A stretch of DNA of 55,990 nt. Origin: Girardia tigrina (lineage: Eukaryota). The stretch covers positions 69,028-125,017 of the forward strand of contig MQRK01242253.1 of NCBI GenBank assembly GCA_001938485.1, written 5' to 3'. Shown piece after piece: positions 37,281 to 50,951 of the stretch (within the stretch, counting starts at the first letter, position 1; each line of letters opens with the position of its first letter). Position numbers and translations under genes: made by a program. A model generated the notes under the pieces. It searched no databases. It saw nothing but the letters and a program-made list of their open reading frames with translations, and was not told the DNA's origin.

Positions 37281-40010
37281 TTATAAATTATTTTTGTTAA
37301 CATTTTGTTTCAAAAAGAAATATTTAAGGAAAACGATAATGTGCAAATTTTCATCCGATAACCTAGTTCTTATTTTAGTGCAAACTCGGCTCGCTATGGA
37401 GAATGTTCTTTCATTGCCTGTAGATGTTGGTTTTGCGGTTTGCAGAGCTTCGAACAACAGTGTGAGATTATGACTTTTTTCCCCGGATACTTCAAAAAAT
37501 AAAAACTCTTTCTGGACTGATGATGATAATCCTACTGGTTTACTGGAAATGGAAACCATAGCTGTAGAAATAGCTTTTTGAAATTGAGATTTCAAGTCAG
37601 TATTTAAATGTTCGGGCTCGTCATTATCTTCTGAATCTGATTCTGCTGACTCATCTGATTTGAATAATCTTTCAATTATTTTTTTCCCAAATGCCACTGT
37701 CGATAACTTTGAACAGTAACCAAAGTGAACATTTCGTTTCATTAAATTTTTTGGATGAAGCATGTACTGTACAAGAGACAATAATTCAATATTACGTCTT
37801 TTATCAATTTCTCTTTTCAAAAAAACTAAGAAGTTAGAATTTATTGGTGAATCGGTATTTTTTTCCAATGTTGAACATAACAATTCAATTACACTTTCCG
37901 CGGTAAATAGTGTAGCATCATTTCTTGCTAAGGCTTCTGCGGCAATCCAAACTAGCTCTAAAATTTTTTGAATGTTTATCAAATATTTTTCGTCTATTGG
38001 GGCTAACAAATGAAGAGAATTAAAATATTCTAAGGCTTCTTTTACTTCTTTTACTTGTAAATATCTTTCTATCATGGGATCGATGGAATTCCAACGTGTC
38101 TTTATATCTATTTTTAATTCCAGTTCTTTGCCAAGTCGGGTTTTTATCTTCTCTTGCAAAAAATCATTTTTCAATGACGATAATAGAAAATATTTANNNN
38201 NNNNNNNNNNNNNNNNNNNNNNNNNNNNNNNNNNNNNNNNNNNNNNNNNNNNNNNNNNNNNNNNNNNNNNNNNNNNNNNNNNNNNNNNNNNNNNNNNNNG
38301 TTCAACCGAGTCACCATCATCAATGTCAGCGTCACTGTCATATTCGTCTTCCAAAATAATGTCTTTCTCATTTGCAATTGAACTCTGGTCAGTTTCATCA
38401 ACAGCAACATATTTTTGGTAAAAAAACTTTGTAACTGATAAATGTAGTGCATGGTTTAAGCACAATACCGGTTCAATTGGACTTTCTCTATTATATTTTT
38501 GCATTACTGCTGCACCATCGTTGATTGAACATAAAATATGATGATCAAAATCTACGTTGAACTCATTTAATCGGTTTCTTATTATTGCCTGAATATTTTT
38601 TGCATCACATTTTCNAGTTATTCTTGCTAAACCAAGATTGTAATTTTCTTTGTCATCATACAAAATAATATTGCAATATCTTCTATTTTTGATGCTTGTC
38701 CATTCGTCTACAGACAGCGAAAATCGTTTTCCAATAGAAATTTTGGACTGTAATTGTTCTACAAGTTGTATTTTTATTTTTTCGTAATAAACTTTTACCA
38801 ATTCCATCGTCTCCGTTGAATTTTTTGGCAGCTTGTATCCTAGTTTATTTGTTAGGGTTCTGAAAAAATACATGTGAACACTTTTGATAAAATTTTATAT
38901 AGGAAATTTTTTAATAATTCTTTTAGTAAAATTAGTAACTTCAAATAAAATAATATTTAGTCTAACAAAACTTGGAATTAAAATTATAAATATTTGTTTT
39001 ACTTNNTCAAAAATTATAAATATTTTACTCTTTGTTTTATCTCATCAATTTTCAAGGCTGAGGAAAATTACTATATAAACAACATCAAATTCAGTTTTAG
39101 TTTGCCCAAAAATATTTGCAAGAAATTTGAACTGAAGAGAATTGTTCGTAAGTAAAGTTATTATTAATATTTACTTTATATTTTTCAAACTTGAACAAAA
39201 CCTGTAGTATCCTCTAATGGAGTACAAGGTTTACAGAAGAGTTCTAAGTTTAAATCAAAGCATCGTTCGTTTTGGGAGATTCACAGTTTTTACTGTAATC
39301 TGTTAACTCGCACGAAATATTGATTGTATTTGTATTCTGTCANNNNNNNNNNNNNNNNNNNNNNNNNNNNNNNNNNNNNNNNNNNNNNNNNNNNNNNNNN
39401 NNNNNNNNNNNNNNNNNNNNNNNNNNNNNNNCATATATTTATGTTGGAAGACCTTTCTGAATAATTGGAGTCAGATCAAAAGATAAAAGATTATTGATTA
39501 AAGATTATTGATTGAGAATTATTGATTAAAGATTATTGATTGAGAATTATCGATTAAAGATTATTGATTAAAGAAATAAGAAAAGAGATTTACGATAAAA
39601 GATAAAGATTTAAGATTTGTGTTTTAAAAAGTAATTTAAGATAATTTTTAATAATTTAAAAACCCAACATATTTATACTTTGCCGAATGAAAGACGAATT
39701 TGTCACGCCATAATAAGAGAAACCATCTAAAGCAATTAGTCTAGACACAATCTCTTCTAAAGTTTCACGTTGTAAATAACTGGATATTAATATTTTATCC
39801 TTTTTNNNNNNNNNNNNNNNNNNNNNNNNNNNNNNNNNNNNNNNNNNNNNNNNNNNNNNNNNNNNNNNNNNNNNNNNNNNNNNNNNNNNNNNNNNNNNNN
39901 NNNNNNNNNNNNNNNNNNNNNNNNNNNNNNNTTTTACATAATTTGCATATAGCTTCTTTATTACTGTCTTTTCGCTTTTCAAAATGCTCCCAAACATTTG
40001 AAGAACCCAT
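37281..40010 (-). CDS. hAT transposase (zf-BED, DDE catalytic and dimerisation domains) in two segments: 40010-39684 and 38859-37281
   Basis: MGSSNVWEHF...CKLC (BED), SVDEWTS, NDGAA, CLNHALHL, DIKTRWNS, PTSTGNERTFS. No visible stops in the sequenced parts, but N-gaps hide some residues. Confidence 0.85.
39488..39572. repeat. Short tandem repeat (AGATTATTGATTA-like, 13-14 bp units)
   Basis: About six imperfect copies visible directly. Confidence 0.8.
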
Positions 40011-40648
40011 ATTCTATTTAAACAATATTCTATTTATTAAAAAATATTAATTTTTTAATATAATTTTATTTTAATAATAAATCAATAACGTAATAGATAA
40101 ATCTTATATTACTTACGAGATTTTTTGTTTCTAGAAATTTGTTTCTATGTATTACGATATATTATTAATGTATGTATTATGAATTATGTATTTAAAAACC
40201 AATATTAATTTNNNNNNNNNNNNNNNNNNNNNNNNNNNNNNNNNNNNNNNNNNNNNNNNNNATGTATGTATTATGAATTATGTATTTAAAAACCAATATT
40301 AATTTTTTTAATCACCATCACACCACAAACCAGACAAGACAGAACAATTGAAAATTGTAATTGACAAAAAATAGAAAAAGTAAGAAATTTTACTGTCATA
40401 AAAAAAACAAAATAGCGAGACTTTCGGTAGTTATTTATTTTAAATAAAAAACAGTAGGCTAGCAGCACACACTTGCACATCGTCGGGGTATTTTGGTTTA
40501 CACATTTTATGTTATTGTTAGTTTTTTTATTTTGCACAATAACCGTATTACCGGTAAAGTGGTAAATATTTTCGCCGGTAAACGGTAATGTAAAAAATGC
40601 GCAATTTACCGGTAAACGGTAAAGGTTTTTACCGGTAGAGGAACTATA

Positions 40649-40740
40649 GTTATGATATTAAATTTAATTTGTTTTAATAATATATATATATAGATTTATA
40701 ACTGAACGTGTTTTTAATGGATAATAAACCTATCGTAACT
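40649..40740 (+). repeat. 5' LTR body (its first base lies at 37057, before the hAT)
   Basis: Near-identical to 43973-44059 apart from TA-run length and a few substitutions. Followed by the PBS. Confidence 0.9.
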
Positions 40741-43700
40741 GGTGACCACACCGAAAATATTAACGGTATAACGCGTAGCCAGCAGCGCAATATATTGTTA
40801 GCGGCGCTTCCAAAGAAAGCTCAGGAATTGCTGAGTTTTAATGTGAGAAAGTTCGATGGAAGAGACTCACAAGAAGCTGAAAGATGGCTGAAGGATATTG
40901 AAGAATGGCTGTCCTTGAATGATTTGCCATTGGTAAATGCTTTTGATTTATTACTTTCAGAAGAAGCCGGTAAATTATGGAAAGACCACAAAACAGATGC
41001 CTTAACTCAGGACGAAGTACGAGATTGGTTCCGTGAAACATTCACGGTGAAGAAGTCCAATCTGGATAGTTTTGTGGAGCTGGTAAATGTTAAACAAGAT
41101 GAGAAAGAAAAATTCGCGACTTTTGAAATTCGAGTAGGGAAATTGCTTAACAATGTTTTTGACTCGGAGCTGAGTCGTGATGAAATATTGAACGAATTTT
41201 TAACGAAACGGGTAAGAAGTACGGACTGAGGGACTCGTTGGCTTTAAAGCCAACATCAAAAGGGAAGACATGAGAATGCTTACAAAGGTTTATGAAAATC
41301 GGGAAACGTCCGTTGACAAGGCGAAAATCGAAGTCAATGGAATTGAAAATAGAAGATACATCAATCAGAACAAAAAACCACAAAATTATACACAAGCTGT
41401 GAAATCTTTTCCGAAGATACAACCCCAACACAACCATTGGAGTCCTCCAAGATGATGTGATGAAAGAAATGGATTTGAAAATGCCGATTATTTCAAAAAG
41501 TCTAATCAAACCAAACCAATTGATTCGGAATATCGTCAGACATCTCTGAAACAACAACCTTCGGTATCGCTGCTGCAAGTCGCTCGAAGGCTTTATAATA
41601 AATGCCGTAGCATGCGCCCGCCGCACGATGAACGGTTGCAACCGGGCAGTGTTTTTATTGTGGTGAAAACGATCACAGAAGATTTCAATGTCCCTTAAGG
41701 ACAAATGTTTAATATGTGGAAAACCGGGTCACTGTTTCAAGGCATGTAATCTGTTACGAAACGCGAATTTTGAGAAACCCAAATCGATATTGTGCGTTTA
41801 CGACGAACAGAACGAAGCCAACCAGTCCGATGATGAAATAATTTCACACGAAGTTGGGATGGGAAAAAACCTGAACAATCCCATTGCTTACATTTCGTCA
41901 ATGGGATTGGAATAGAAACCGGGAATGGGAATCGAAATGTGAAAGAACTTGAAATGATGCGAAGGACAAATGATGGTAGACTGTGGAGTATGATGGAGAT
42001 ATGTGAAATTCAACTGGAGATGTTATGGGATTCTGGAGCTTCGGTTACCGTTATGAGCGAAGATTATTGGCGGAAGATTGAAGAACCAATTTTGTCAGAT
42101 TCTGAAGTTAGATTAAGTGGGGTATTCTCTACGGGATGTGACAAACAACTACAATGGAGAAAAGTATGCCGATAAAGTTTCAGGAAATTAAAACTGGCTC
42201 TTTGCAATGCTCTGGTTCTGGGCTATCGTAGATTAGATCGTGTTTTCATTTTGGACACCGACGCTAGTTTTAGTGCAATTGGTGCAGTGTTGAGCCAATT
42301 GATGGAGAACGGAGAAGAGACAGTTATAGCTTATGGCTCCAGACATCTAACCGCACACGAGAAAGGCTACTGTGTAACGAGAAAGGAACTCTTGGCACTG
42401 CATGAATATGTCCTGCATTTTAAACAATACTTGTACGGGAAAAGATTTTTGGCTCGCACGGACCATAAGGCCTTAATTTTTATGAACACTACGAAAAAAC
42501 CAATAAGCCCACAATTCCAAGCCTAGCTGGCAAACTTATCAGAATACTATTTCAAAGTGCAATACAGGAAAGGTGAAAATCACAACAATGCTGATGGACT
42601 ATCCAGTATAAAACAAGCTCTTTACTCGCAATGTGAAACTACACATAGTGAGGCTAAAGAGAAAAAGTCTAGAGTGAGATATTTGAATTCCTTACAAGAA
42701 GACGGTGATTAAATCAAGACGATCGAAGATAGGCTGCGTTCTGATTTAGTTTTAAAGAAGCGATTGATGCCTTTTTCAAGCGTTTTTAAGGGAAGCTATC
42801 TGTAGAAATTGAGAAAAGAGCTGGTAATATCAAATTGACTGTTGATGGTCGAGATAAACAACAACCTGTTGACGATCGTACCTGAAGGATGCCTATGTGA
42901 ATTTATTAAAAATATACATTTCGATCTATGTCATCTTGGAATTAAAAAGATATTTAAATACATGCAGGATAATTTCTAGTGGCACTCTGTGTACGAAACT
43001 TTACAGAAATGTATTAACGAATGTGTCGTATGTACAAAGAGGAAAATTGATCAAACAAGAACGAAAGAAACTCTATTGCCCCAAATCAGTAACAATTTCC
43101 TAGATCCAATTATAGTAGATCGCAATTCCACTCCATGCGGCAATTTCGGGATGTGACAAACAACTACAATGGAGAAAAGTATGCTGATAAAGTTTTTTTT
43201 ATCGCACACAGGGATAAAGTTGCGTCCAACAAAAGATATCTGGTGGTCATTATATATAGATTCAGTAAATTGGTGAGTTTACATGCCGTTTCCAAACAGG
43301 ATGAGCATACCGTATTTAAATGCATTCTGCACAATTGGATTTACAGATTTGAGAAGCCGTCAAGTAACCTGACGGACAGGGGAAGACAATTTCAGAACGC
43401 ATTTATGAGTAGCAGTTTGGATCAGTTACAAATCAAACAAGAATTCAGCTCGCCCTACCAACACCAATCAAACGGTTTGGTAGAACGGGTGATTCGAACA
43501 GTGAGAGACATGATTGCCGCTTCATTAAAAGGGAAGAGTATAGAAAAAAATTGGTATGAATTATTACCATGAATCGAGTTTAGCTTAAATACCACCACAC
43601 AAGATTCAACAAAGTTCTCGCCTTTTGAAATTGTTTTCGAACGGAAAGTGAACATCCATTCCGCAGTTGGTTGTCATACTAAAACAAGAGATGAGATTAT

Positions 43701-43972
43701 TGCAGAAGCCCGGATCAATTCCAGAATGACAGCAGAGAAAATGAAAACATATCAAAATTCGATCCGAGGTGAAAGACATTTCAAGGAAGGGGAGATGGTA
43801 CTGGTCAGGGTAGATCCTAACAAAAGGAACAAGAATGATTTCCAATATGAAGGCCCATACAATATCATCAGGTTTATTTCGTCACATCAGGTAGAAATCC
43901 AATTTCCACATGATGTGAAAGTGAGACGCATTGAATGGTTGAAACGTTGGACGGGTTTCAAAAGACGGGGAG

Positions 43973-44059
43973 ATTTATGATATTAAATATAATTTGTTTT
44001 AATAATATATAGATTTATAACTGAACGTGTTTTTAATGGATAATAAACCTATCGTAAAT
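43973..44059 (+). repeat. 3' LTR (87 bp)
   Basis: Preceded by polypurine tract AAAAGACGGGGAG and followed by TSD ATGTA. Confidence 0.9.
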
Positions 44060-46321
44060 ATGTATGTTATCATAAATATGTATATAAGGAGTTAGTTAAA
44101 ATTTTCCATTCGCTGAATAATTTAATGTTTTTAATTTAAAAATTTTGCAAAAATTAAATAATAAAAAACAGAGTTGAAAATCAAAAAATGTAAAAGTTGA
44201 TATTTTTCATTTGAAAGTTTTAAAATAAAAATTTTGGTGTTGAATTATGAGTTTCATAATAATGAAAGTGGCTTATTATTATAAATAAATAATAAACATG
44301 TTTATTATTGTCAAAATCCTAAAAAATACAGATTTTTGTGTGTTAATGATTTCAGTTTACGCAGATTTTTAAACGTATGTTCTGTTTTAAATAACTTTCA
44401 AGTATCGATTTACATGATTTTTAGTTTTTGAGTACAAATCACTTTTTGTATGGACTTTGCATTTCAATTTACGAGATTTCCTTTCTGGGAATATCCAGCC
44501 ATGTAAATCAAATGACAGGTGTTGTAAACATAGCTGGTAAGCATATCCCAAACACCAATTTACAAGCATGACACCAAATCTTGCGCAGCTTTTAAGTATC
44601 TGATTCCAATCTACAAACCGTTGCATTTGCTGAATTTCATACAAGTGTCAGGTATCAATGAACCATCCATTTGAAGTTATTTATAATTGCATACTATTTC
44701 CAGCCATTCAAAACAGGATTGATATCAATCAACAGTCCATAAATAGAGTATACATCTCTTCGTCTCACTGGAGTTTGATTTTGTAAAATAGTATTATTTT
44801 GTTGTTTTAATTAATGTTTTTTTAATATTTTTATTTTTGCTGTATTTTAGCAACACGTATAATTGTAAATTAATCTCATTATATCGTTTAGTTTTAGCTT
44901 GTTTTCCTTTCGTCAAAACACAATAAATGGAACATTACTTTTGTATTTACTCATGGCCAATCGAACCATTTTATGCCATTAATTATTCAATCCGAGAATA
45001 CATACATCATTTTTTACATTTTAATAGTTCCATTTTCTTAAACCATTGTGATATTATTGCTTCGTGTGTGAAACTTCGGTCGTCGTGTCGCCAGTCCGAA
45101 GCTACCGTATCGGAATTTAAGTTGGTTCTGGCTCATTGCATCCGAAATCATTTGACGGAAACGGCGGTGTCTATAGTCCATCCGGAATGTATTTTCTGCG
45201 CAAATCGACGAGCGTGTCTTTATTCGAATAACTGATTCCACGCTTGTTTTTCATATTCGTAAACTGGAAAAAATTAAAACTTTCACAGAAAAATCAGAAA
45301 CTGAATTATCGCAAAATATTGCTTTGATAACTAAACAAGTTAAAGCGCATGAAAAAATGAAAAAAAAGAATGCATAAGTCGTTTTGAATTATTTTTATAT
45401 GTCACTGACATGTTTTTTACTTTATAAATATTAAAACAAACAGTTTTATATTACATTTTAAATATTTTATTAACGAATATTTTTTAAAACTTAAATTAAA
45501 GCAATCACATTTTTCATAAACAATAAACTAAAAACATAATTATATTGCTGTGGTTCACAACAACCATAACTTGTGTTTAAATAAATGAGATTTAACCTCT
45601 TCAGACATAATAAATTTCACAAACAAAAAATTACCATTATATTTATTTATGCTTCGTTTTATGTTATTAGAATACTTTTTGATAATTTTAGTTATAACTG
45701 TCGAGGCAACCTTTAAACCAAAACACATGCGAGTAATAAGAAATAACGATAGGACAAGCCCGTCATTTTTCAAAAATCTTAATTTTTGGATACCTTTATT
45801 TCTCATTTGATTCATTTTAAATTGTTTTTGCACTAGCTTCTTTGGAAATTGGAAAACCAGTCTCTGAAATCTTTCAATATTTTTAGTTGTTTCTTCTTTT
45901 TCAAATTTTAATTCTAAATATTTAAGCTAATGAGTTTTAAAACTTGAACAATTAAATACATTATCTTTTTTATTTGTATTTATTATATCTTTTGTCTGAA
46001 TGAATTAAATTGGTCATAAAATGATGTTAAGGTCATGTTTCTCGACGTTGGAGATAAATATTAAGTTGACTTAGATGCCCGGTAAAGCATACTAAGAAAG
46101 CTAAATCATGTATCCAATAAATATTTTTCTTTCTAAAATAGGTACGATTTCTACCTGCAGTTCTAAATATCTTCTCTGTATATGTAAAATCTTCGTAATA
46201 AAATTACGCACTATTCAGCCCTTTCTTAAATACCCAAGGGTTTGATCCGCCTGCGTGAATAAAATTAACAATCTTAACAACTTTCTAAAATTCACACAAA
46301 TCATAATTACTTTCGAACATA

Positions 46322-47942
46322 TAGGGTTGGCCGAAAGTAACGCCGGGTAATTTTTATATAGATTGTAATTGTTTTATGTCCCCTCATTACCTCTATGCTA
46401 ATTATTTTTTGTTTCCACGTGCGGTTCTTAAAACTTATAAATAAGTATTTCTAAAAACTTTCAGATTACAATTTATATAAGAATTTTATTTTTATTTAAT
46501 AAAAACTTAATTTTTTATGAACTTTAACTTTAATCAACTTATTTAGTTTAAAATTCATATTAATTCATTTCTTTTTAAATTCAATTTGTTTGAAATAGTG
46601 AAATTTTTATAATCAGTGGTAGCTAATATAGTCCAGTCAAAAATTAAAGAAATTTGGAAACTACGACAAGAATGAAACGTTACAAGATTAAACAACGTTT
46701 AGAAATATTGGAAATTCGGTATTTAAATGAAAGAAATTACGGAAAGCAGAACGAATTTATAATAAAAAACATCGATGCGAGGTTCAATAAAATGAGACTA
46801 AGGTTCATCGAATGGTAAGCAAGTTTCTTGAAACAGAATCGCTATAAGATAACAAGGATGCACAAACTGATTGATCAAGGGCACAAGATGATGAAATGGT
46901 GGAAAAAGTGCGCGAGTTTTACGAAGAGCAGCCATCAACATCGCAAGTTAAAGCCTCACTTGAACTCAGTATACCATGGGCAACACTACGGCGAGTTTTG
47001 AAGACGAAATTGCACTTTTTCCCGAACAAAATTCAAGTTGTATGGACACTGCTACCAAGGGACGGAGAAAGAAGATTTAAATTTGCAAACATGGTCTTGA
47101 ATTTGGTGGTAGAAAGTAAATTGGACCTAAATCGAATCTGGTTTCCGGACGAGGCGCAATTTTACCTTAATGGATACGTAAAAAAGCAGAATTATCGCTT
47201 TTGGGGAACCGAAAATCCACATTTAATGATTGCCAAGCCTGCATTTCCAAAACACGCGACTGTTTGGTGCGCATTGTCATCAACTGGAGACATTGGTCCA
47301 TATTTTTTTCACGGAAACAACCAAGACTGTTGTGTACAAAGAAGTTTTGGTCACCTTTTTCATCCCAATCGCTCATTGTTTGAACCAACTTGATAGATAT
47401 TGGTTCATGCAAGATGGGGCACGACCCAACAGGACAGCTGATGTATTCGATTTAATCCGCGAACACTTTGGTGGAAGATTTATCGGTCTAGATAGCGAAA
47501 GATTCACTGGAAAAAGAATGGATTGGTCACCATATTCGCCAGATTTCTTTTTGTGGGGCTATCTCAAGGATAGAATTTTCCATACTCCTCCGACTACAGT
47601 TGATGGATTAAAGGCAGCAATCCAAAAGTAAATCATGGAATGGAGCCGAAACATTGGAAAAAAGTAATTAAAGAATTTGAAAATCGCATCTCACATGTAA
47701 TCACAAACAAAGGAGGTCACTTTGAAAACTTATTTTATCAAATAATAACCATTTAAAACTTTTTTACAAAAAATTTCACTTTAACTTAAAAAACAGTCGG
47801 CCTTTTTAATAAAAATTTAAAAAGAACAAATCTAAAGAACCGCACGTGGAAACAAAAAATAATTACGATAGAGGTAATGAAGGGACATATAACAATTGCA
47901 ATTTATATAAAAATTACCCGGCGTTACTTTTGGTCAACCCTG
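46322..47942 (+). mobile_element. rosa/DD41D-related Tc1/mariner element with ~105-bp TIRs, degenerate transposase
   Basis: Long imperfect TIRs flanked by TA. IWFPDEAQFYLNGYV, WGTENPH, WFMQDGARP, WSPYSPD-FFLWGYLK, with frameshifts and stops. Confidence 0.92.
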
Positions 47943-50900
47943 TAGAATCTACTAGTGAATAATGCAATGAGTGTCGAATATATTTATTATGCTTCGTTTC
48001 AACATACGCTTTTAGTCTACCAACGACATCACACGTAACTCCCGTCATAGAAATACCCAGTCGTTTACCAAAGATACAAATTTATTCATGGATAGATCCT
48101 TTTCTGTAGCCATTAAAAGTATATCGAAAATATCATCTACAGTAGTTTTACCATGCATTGGAAAAACTTGGAAAAAATTATGAGACGCTACCACATGTGG
48201 CCAGTGGGCCGCGACTTTGACATATCTGATTAAAGTTCTTTATACGTGGGCCAATTTCGAGGAATTTGGATAATAAAGTTCATTAATGTTTGCATTTTTT
48301 TCTGAAGAATCTACTATTTTTCTAAAGCTTTTTTTCTACTATTTTTCTAAAACGAATGAGTTCACTATAAGATGTCCATAATCTCATTAAAATCTTAAAT
48401 TAAGACTTTAATGGCACTGTTAAACATATGTTTATAATAAAAAACTACCAAATATAACACATAATAAACATCATTAGGAAATATTGCTCACATAAAATAT
48501 GAAATAATAAAATTACCATTGAGGGTATTTTAGTATATATATGTATATAAAATTTGGATATATTTTCCTAGTTTGTTTAACCGTTTAGAAAAGCTACCAA
48601 AAATTAAATTATCAATAAAAACTAAAAAAACTCCAAAGATTTATTAAAAATAACAACAGCCAAAATAAAATCACAGCCCAAACTTCTCGAATCATACATA
48701 TACTATATGATAACAATTATATTGGAAGGCCGTGTTTCTAAAATATAAATAAACTATTTTCAAATGATCACAATACAAATATGTAAAAATGCATAAATAA
48801 TTCCTCATCGTGACAACCACGAAACAAATATGTTCCAAGGAGATTCATGATGCTTAAAATCACAAGGCACTGGGTTTAGAATATAGTTTTATCTTCTTTC
48901 CATTTATAATTAACCACTTCTAATTTACATTAACCATCCAGCTCATGGAAACAAGGTAATCCTAGTTGAAAAATTTAAAATAGTATTCAAAAACATTTTT
49001 CAGATAGTTGACCACTACAGGCGATCAAGAGATCCTCTTGAACTTAAAGATAGTTGTGGTAAGTAAGGGAGACAAGTAACTGGAGTACATAATTTCTTTT
49101 GATTGTACATTAAATTGCTCGGTTTGATAGAATAGAAAATAGAATTTGACAGATGCCATCTTTTAATATTAAGTATAAAAGACACAGATTAGTCTTATCA
49201 CATCGAATTTCTCCTTCACATCACACATATTCATTCCTAATAAAAAAGAAGAAAAAAGTAGACCCAAAAATAAACAAAACTTAAAACTCATTTTCTTTTG
49301 AAAATTAAACTCTGGATTCTTTTGACTAACTCAACTTATATTTCGATCCCTATCAAATTAGTGAGACATGAAGAGTGTTATTATTCGAATTTTCCTAAAT
49401 ATGACACATAATAAATTTACAGAATAACATAACAGCCAAAAATTCCAATTTTCTACAGTAAGAAATCGCAAATCCAGATCTCATAGATCCAGAACCTATC
49501 TTATCAGTTTAAACGAATTCTGAAGTTTTGAAAGAATAGTGTTCTTTGAGTGAGAAAATATTGGTACACGACAAAGGAATCGATAAACTACATTGCCTGC
49601 TAGGTTCCTACAAGTAATGCGAATCATTTCTGAAACATGGATGTTAACCTTAGCAGATTTCTTTGAAGAATACATAGAAAAAGATACAATAAGTTAACAC
49701 AAGCAAAATGAATCTCAAATGCATGGTAATGTTGACGCTAGAGTAAGAATTATAGAAGATTGTCATGTAAAAATAAGTATTATTTTGAAGAATGTGTGAA
49801 AAACTGATTATTATTTGTTCAGAATGTAGAAGTCTATGAGCATATAGACGACGCAGCTATAGTATAAGATGTTAATGATATGCACGAAAATAAAGATGAA
49901 GTATATGTGGAATAAAAAATTAGTAGCCTTTAGGAGTTCTTCATATGAAAGTGATCAATTACTGCGAAACATGCAAGCAGCAATCTGAGTGTATTGCCAT
50001 ACAAATACGAATTCTGCACTCGATGAAAGACTGAACTACCAGTACAAGGTTAAGTCGATTGAAGCAGTCACAGATTAACTATTTCTTTACACAAGAGGAA
50101 CTTTTGTTTATGCACTAAAACTAAGTTTTGCTATATGTGAAAATTGTTAATTGCGTATTTTATTAAATATTGTATACATATATGCATGAATGTATTGTGT
50201 AAGAAAACGTATCTATTTTGATTTCTTTTGGATTTATAGTACCAGGACACTTTTCTAATCCAGAAAAACTTTAATACGGGGCTTTCCGGATAAGCAAGGA
50301 TTTTTCGTAGTTGAAGTTATCATTTAAACATTGATTTTAAGACTATTAGACAATTAATACTTATATCGAACTGTCAGAGGTTTTGGTGAACGTAAAATTT
50401 TTGAATATTTAAAACGTAAACTCATATTTATAGTTAAAATAAGTTCAAATAATTTTTACATAAGTTTTTAGAAAATCAATTTGACAAGGGAAATTCTAAT
50501 TAAAATTATTAAGAACACCAATTTGACTTTTTTATATTTTTATTTAAATTGTTTAAATAAAAAATACTTTTATTTAAATTGTTCTTTTAAATTGTTCAAC
50601 TTTGATTGTCCTTAAGACAATCTTTGTCAAAACTTTCGTACACTTGCATTATAAACGAAATTGATTAATGAATTAATTCTTATTATTTTTTTAGCAAATG
50701 GGGAAATAAATATTTTATTAAAATATTTACTCAAAACTTATTGGATAATAATTAAAATGATTATTAATTATTTAAANNNNNNNNNNNNNNNNNNNNNNNN
50801 NNNNNNNNNNNNNNNNNNNNNNNNNNTATTTTTAGATAATAAGAATTAAAATATTAATCATCCATCTGGGTAGGAGAGACACAATTCCAAATCAACATAC

Positions 50901-50951
50901 ACATTCAAACACAAAACATCAAACATTCAAATATTCCTCACAAAAATGAAT

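Larger units (their letters stand above)
37066..40648 (-). mobile_element. Autonomous-type hAT (Ac/hobo-like) DNA transposon
   Basis: TIR TATAGTTCCTC / GAGGAACTATA, perfect 8-bp TSD GTTATGAT (37058-37065, 40649-40656), clustered (A)CGGTAA subterminal motifs at both ends. Confidence 0.93.
37057..44059 (+). mobile_element. Ty3/gypsy LTR retrotransposon with ~90-bp LTRs, RT core deleted, 5' LTR interrupted by a hAT element
   Basis: 5-bp TSD ATGTA (37052-37056, 44060-44064), PBS-like TGGTGACC at 40740, gag (KFDG; knuckle CLICGKPGHCFKAC), protease LWDSGAS, RNase H DTDAS...TDH, integrase TDRG..SPYQHQSNGLVER, YEGPY, PPT before 43973. Confidence 0.92.

Noticed and set aside
44387-45270. Overlapping short ORFs with splice-like signals
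   Set aside because: No consistent frame across candidate introns and no recognisable motif. Mentioned only as part of the decayed-fragment pattern.
48900-50050. Exon-like segments with GT-AG boundaries (e.g. 49004-49058)
   Set aside because: Neighbouring segments contain stops and no product could be identified.
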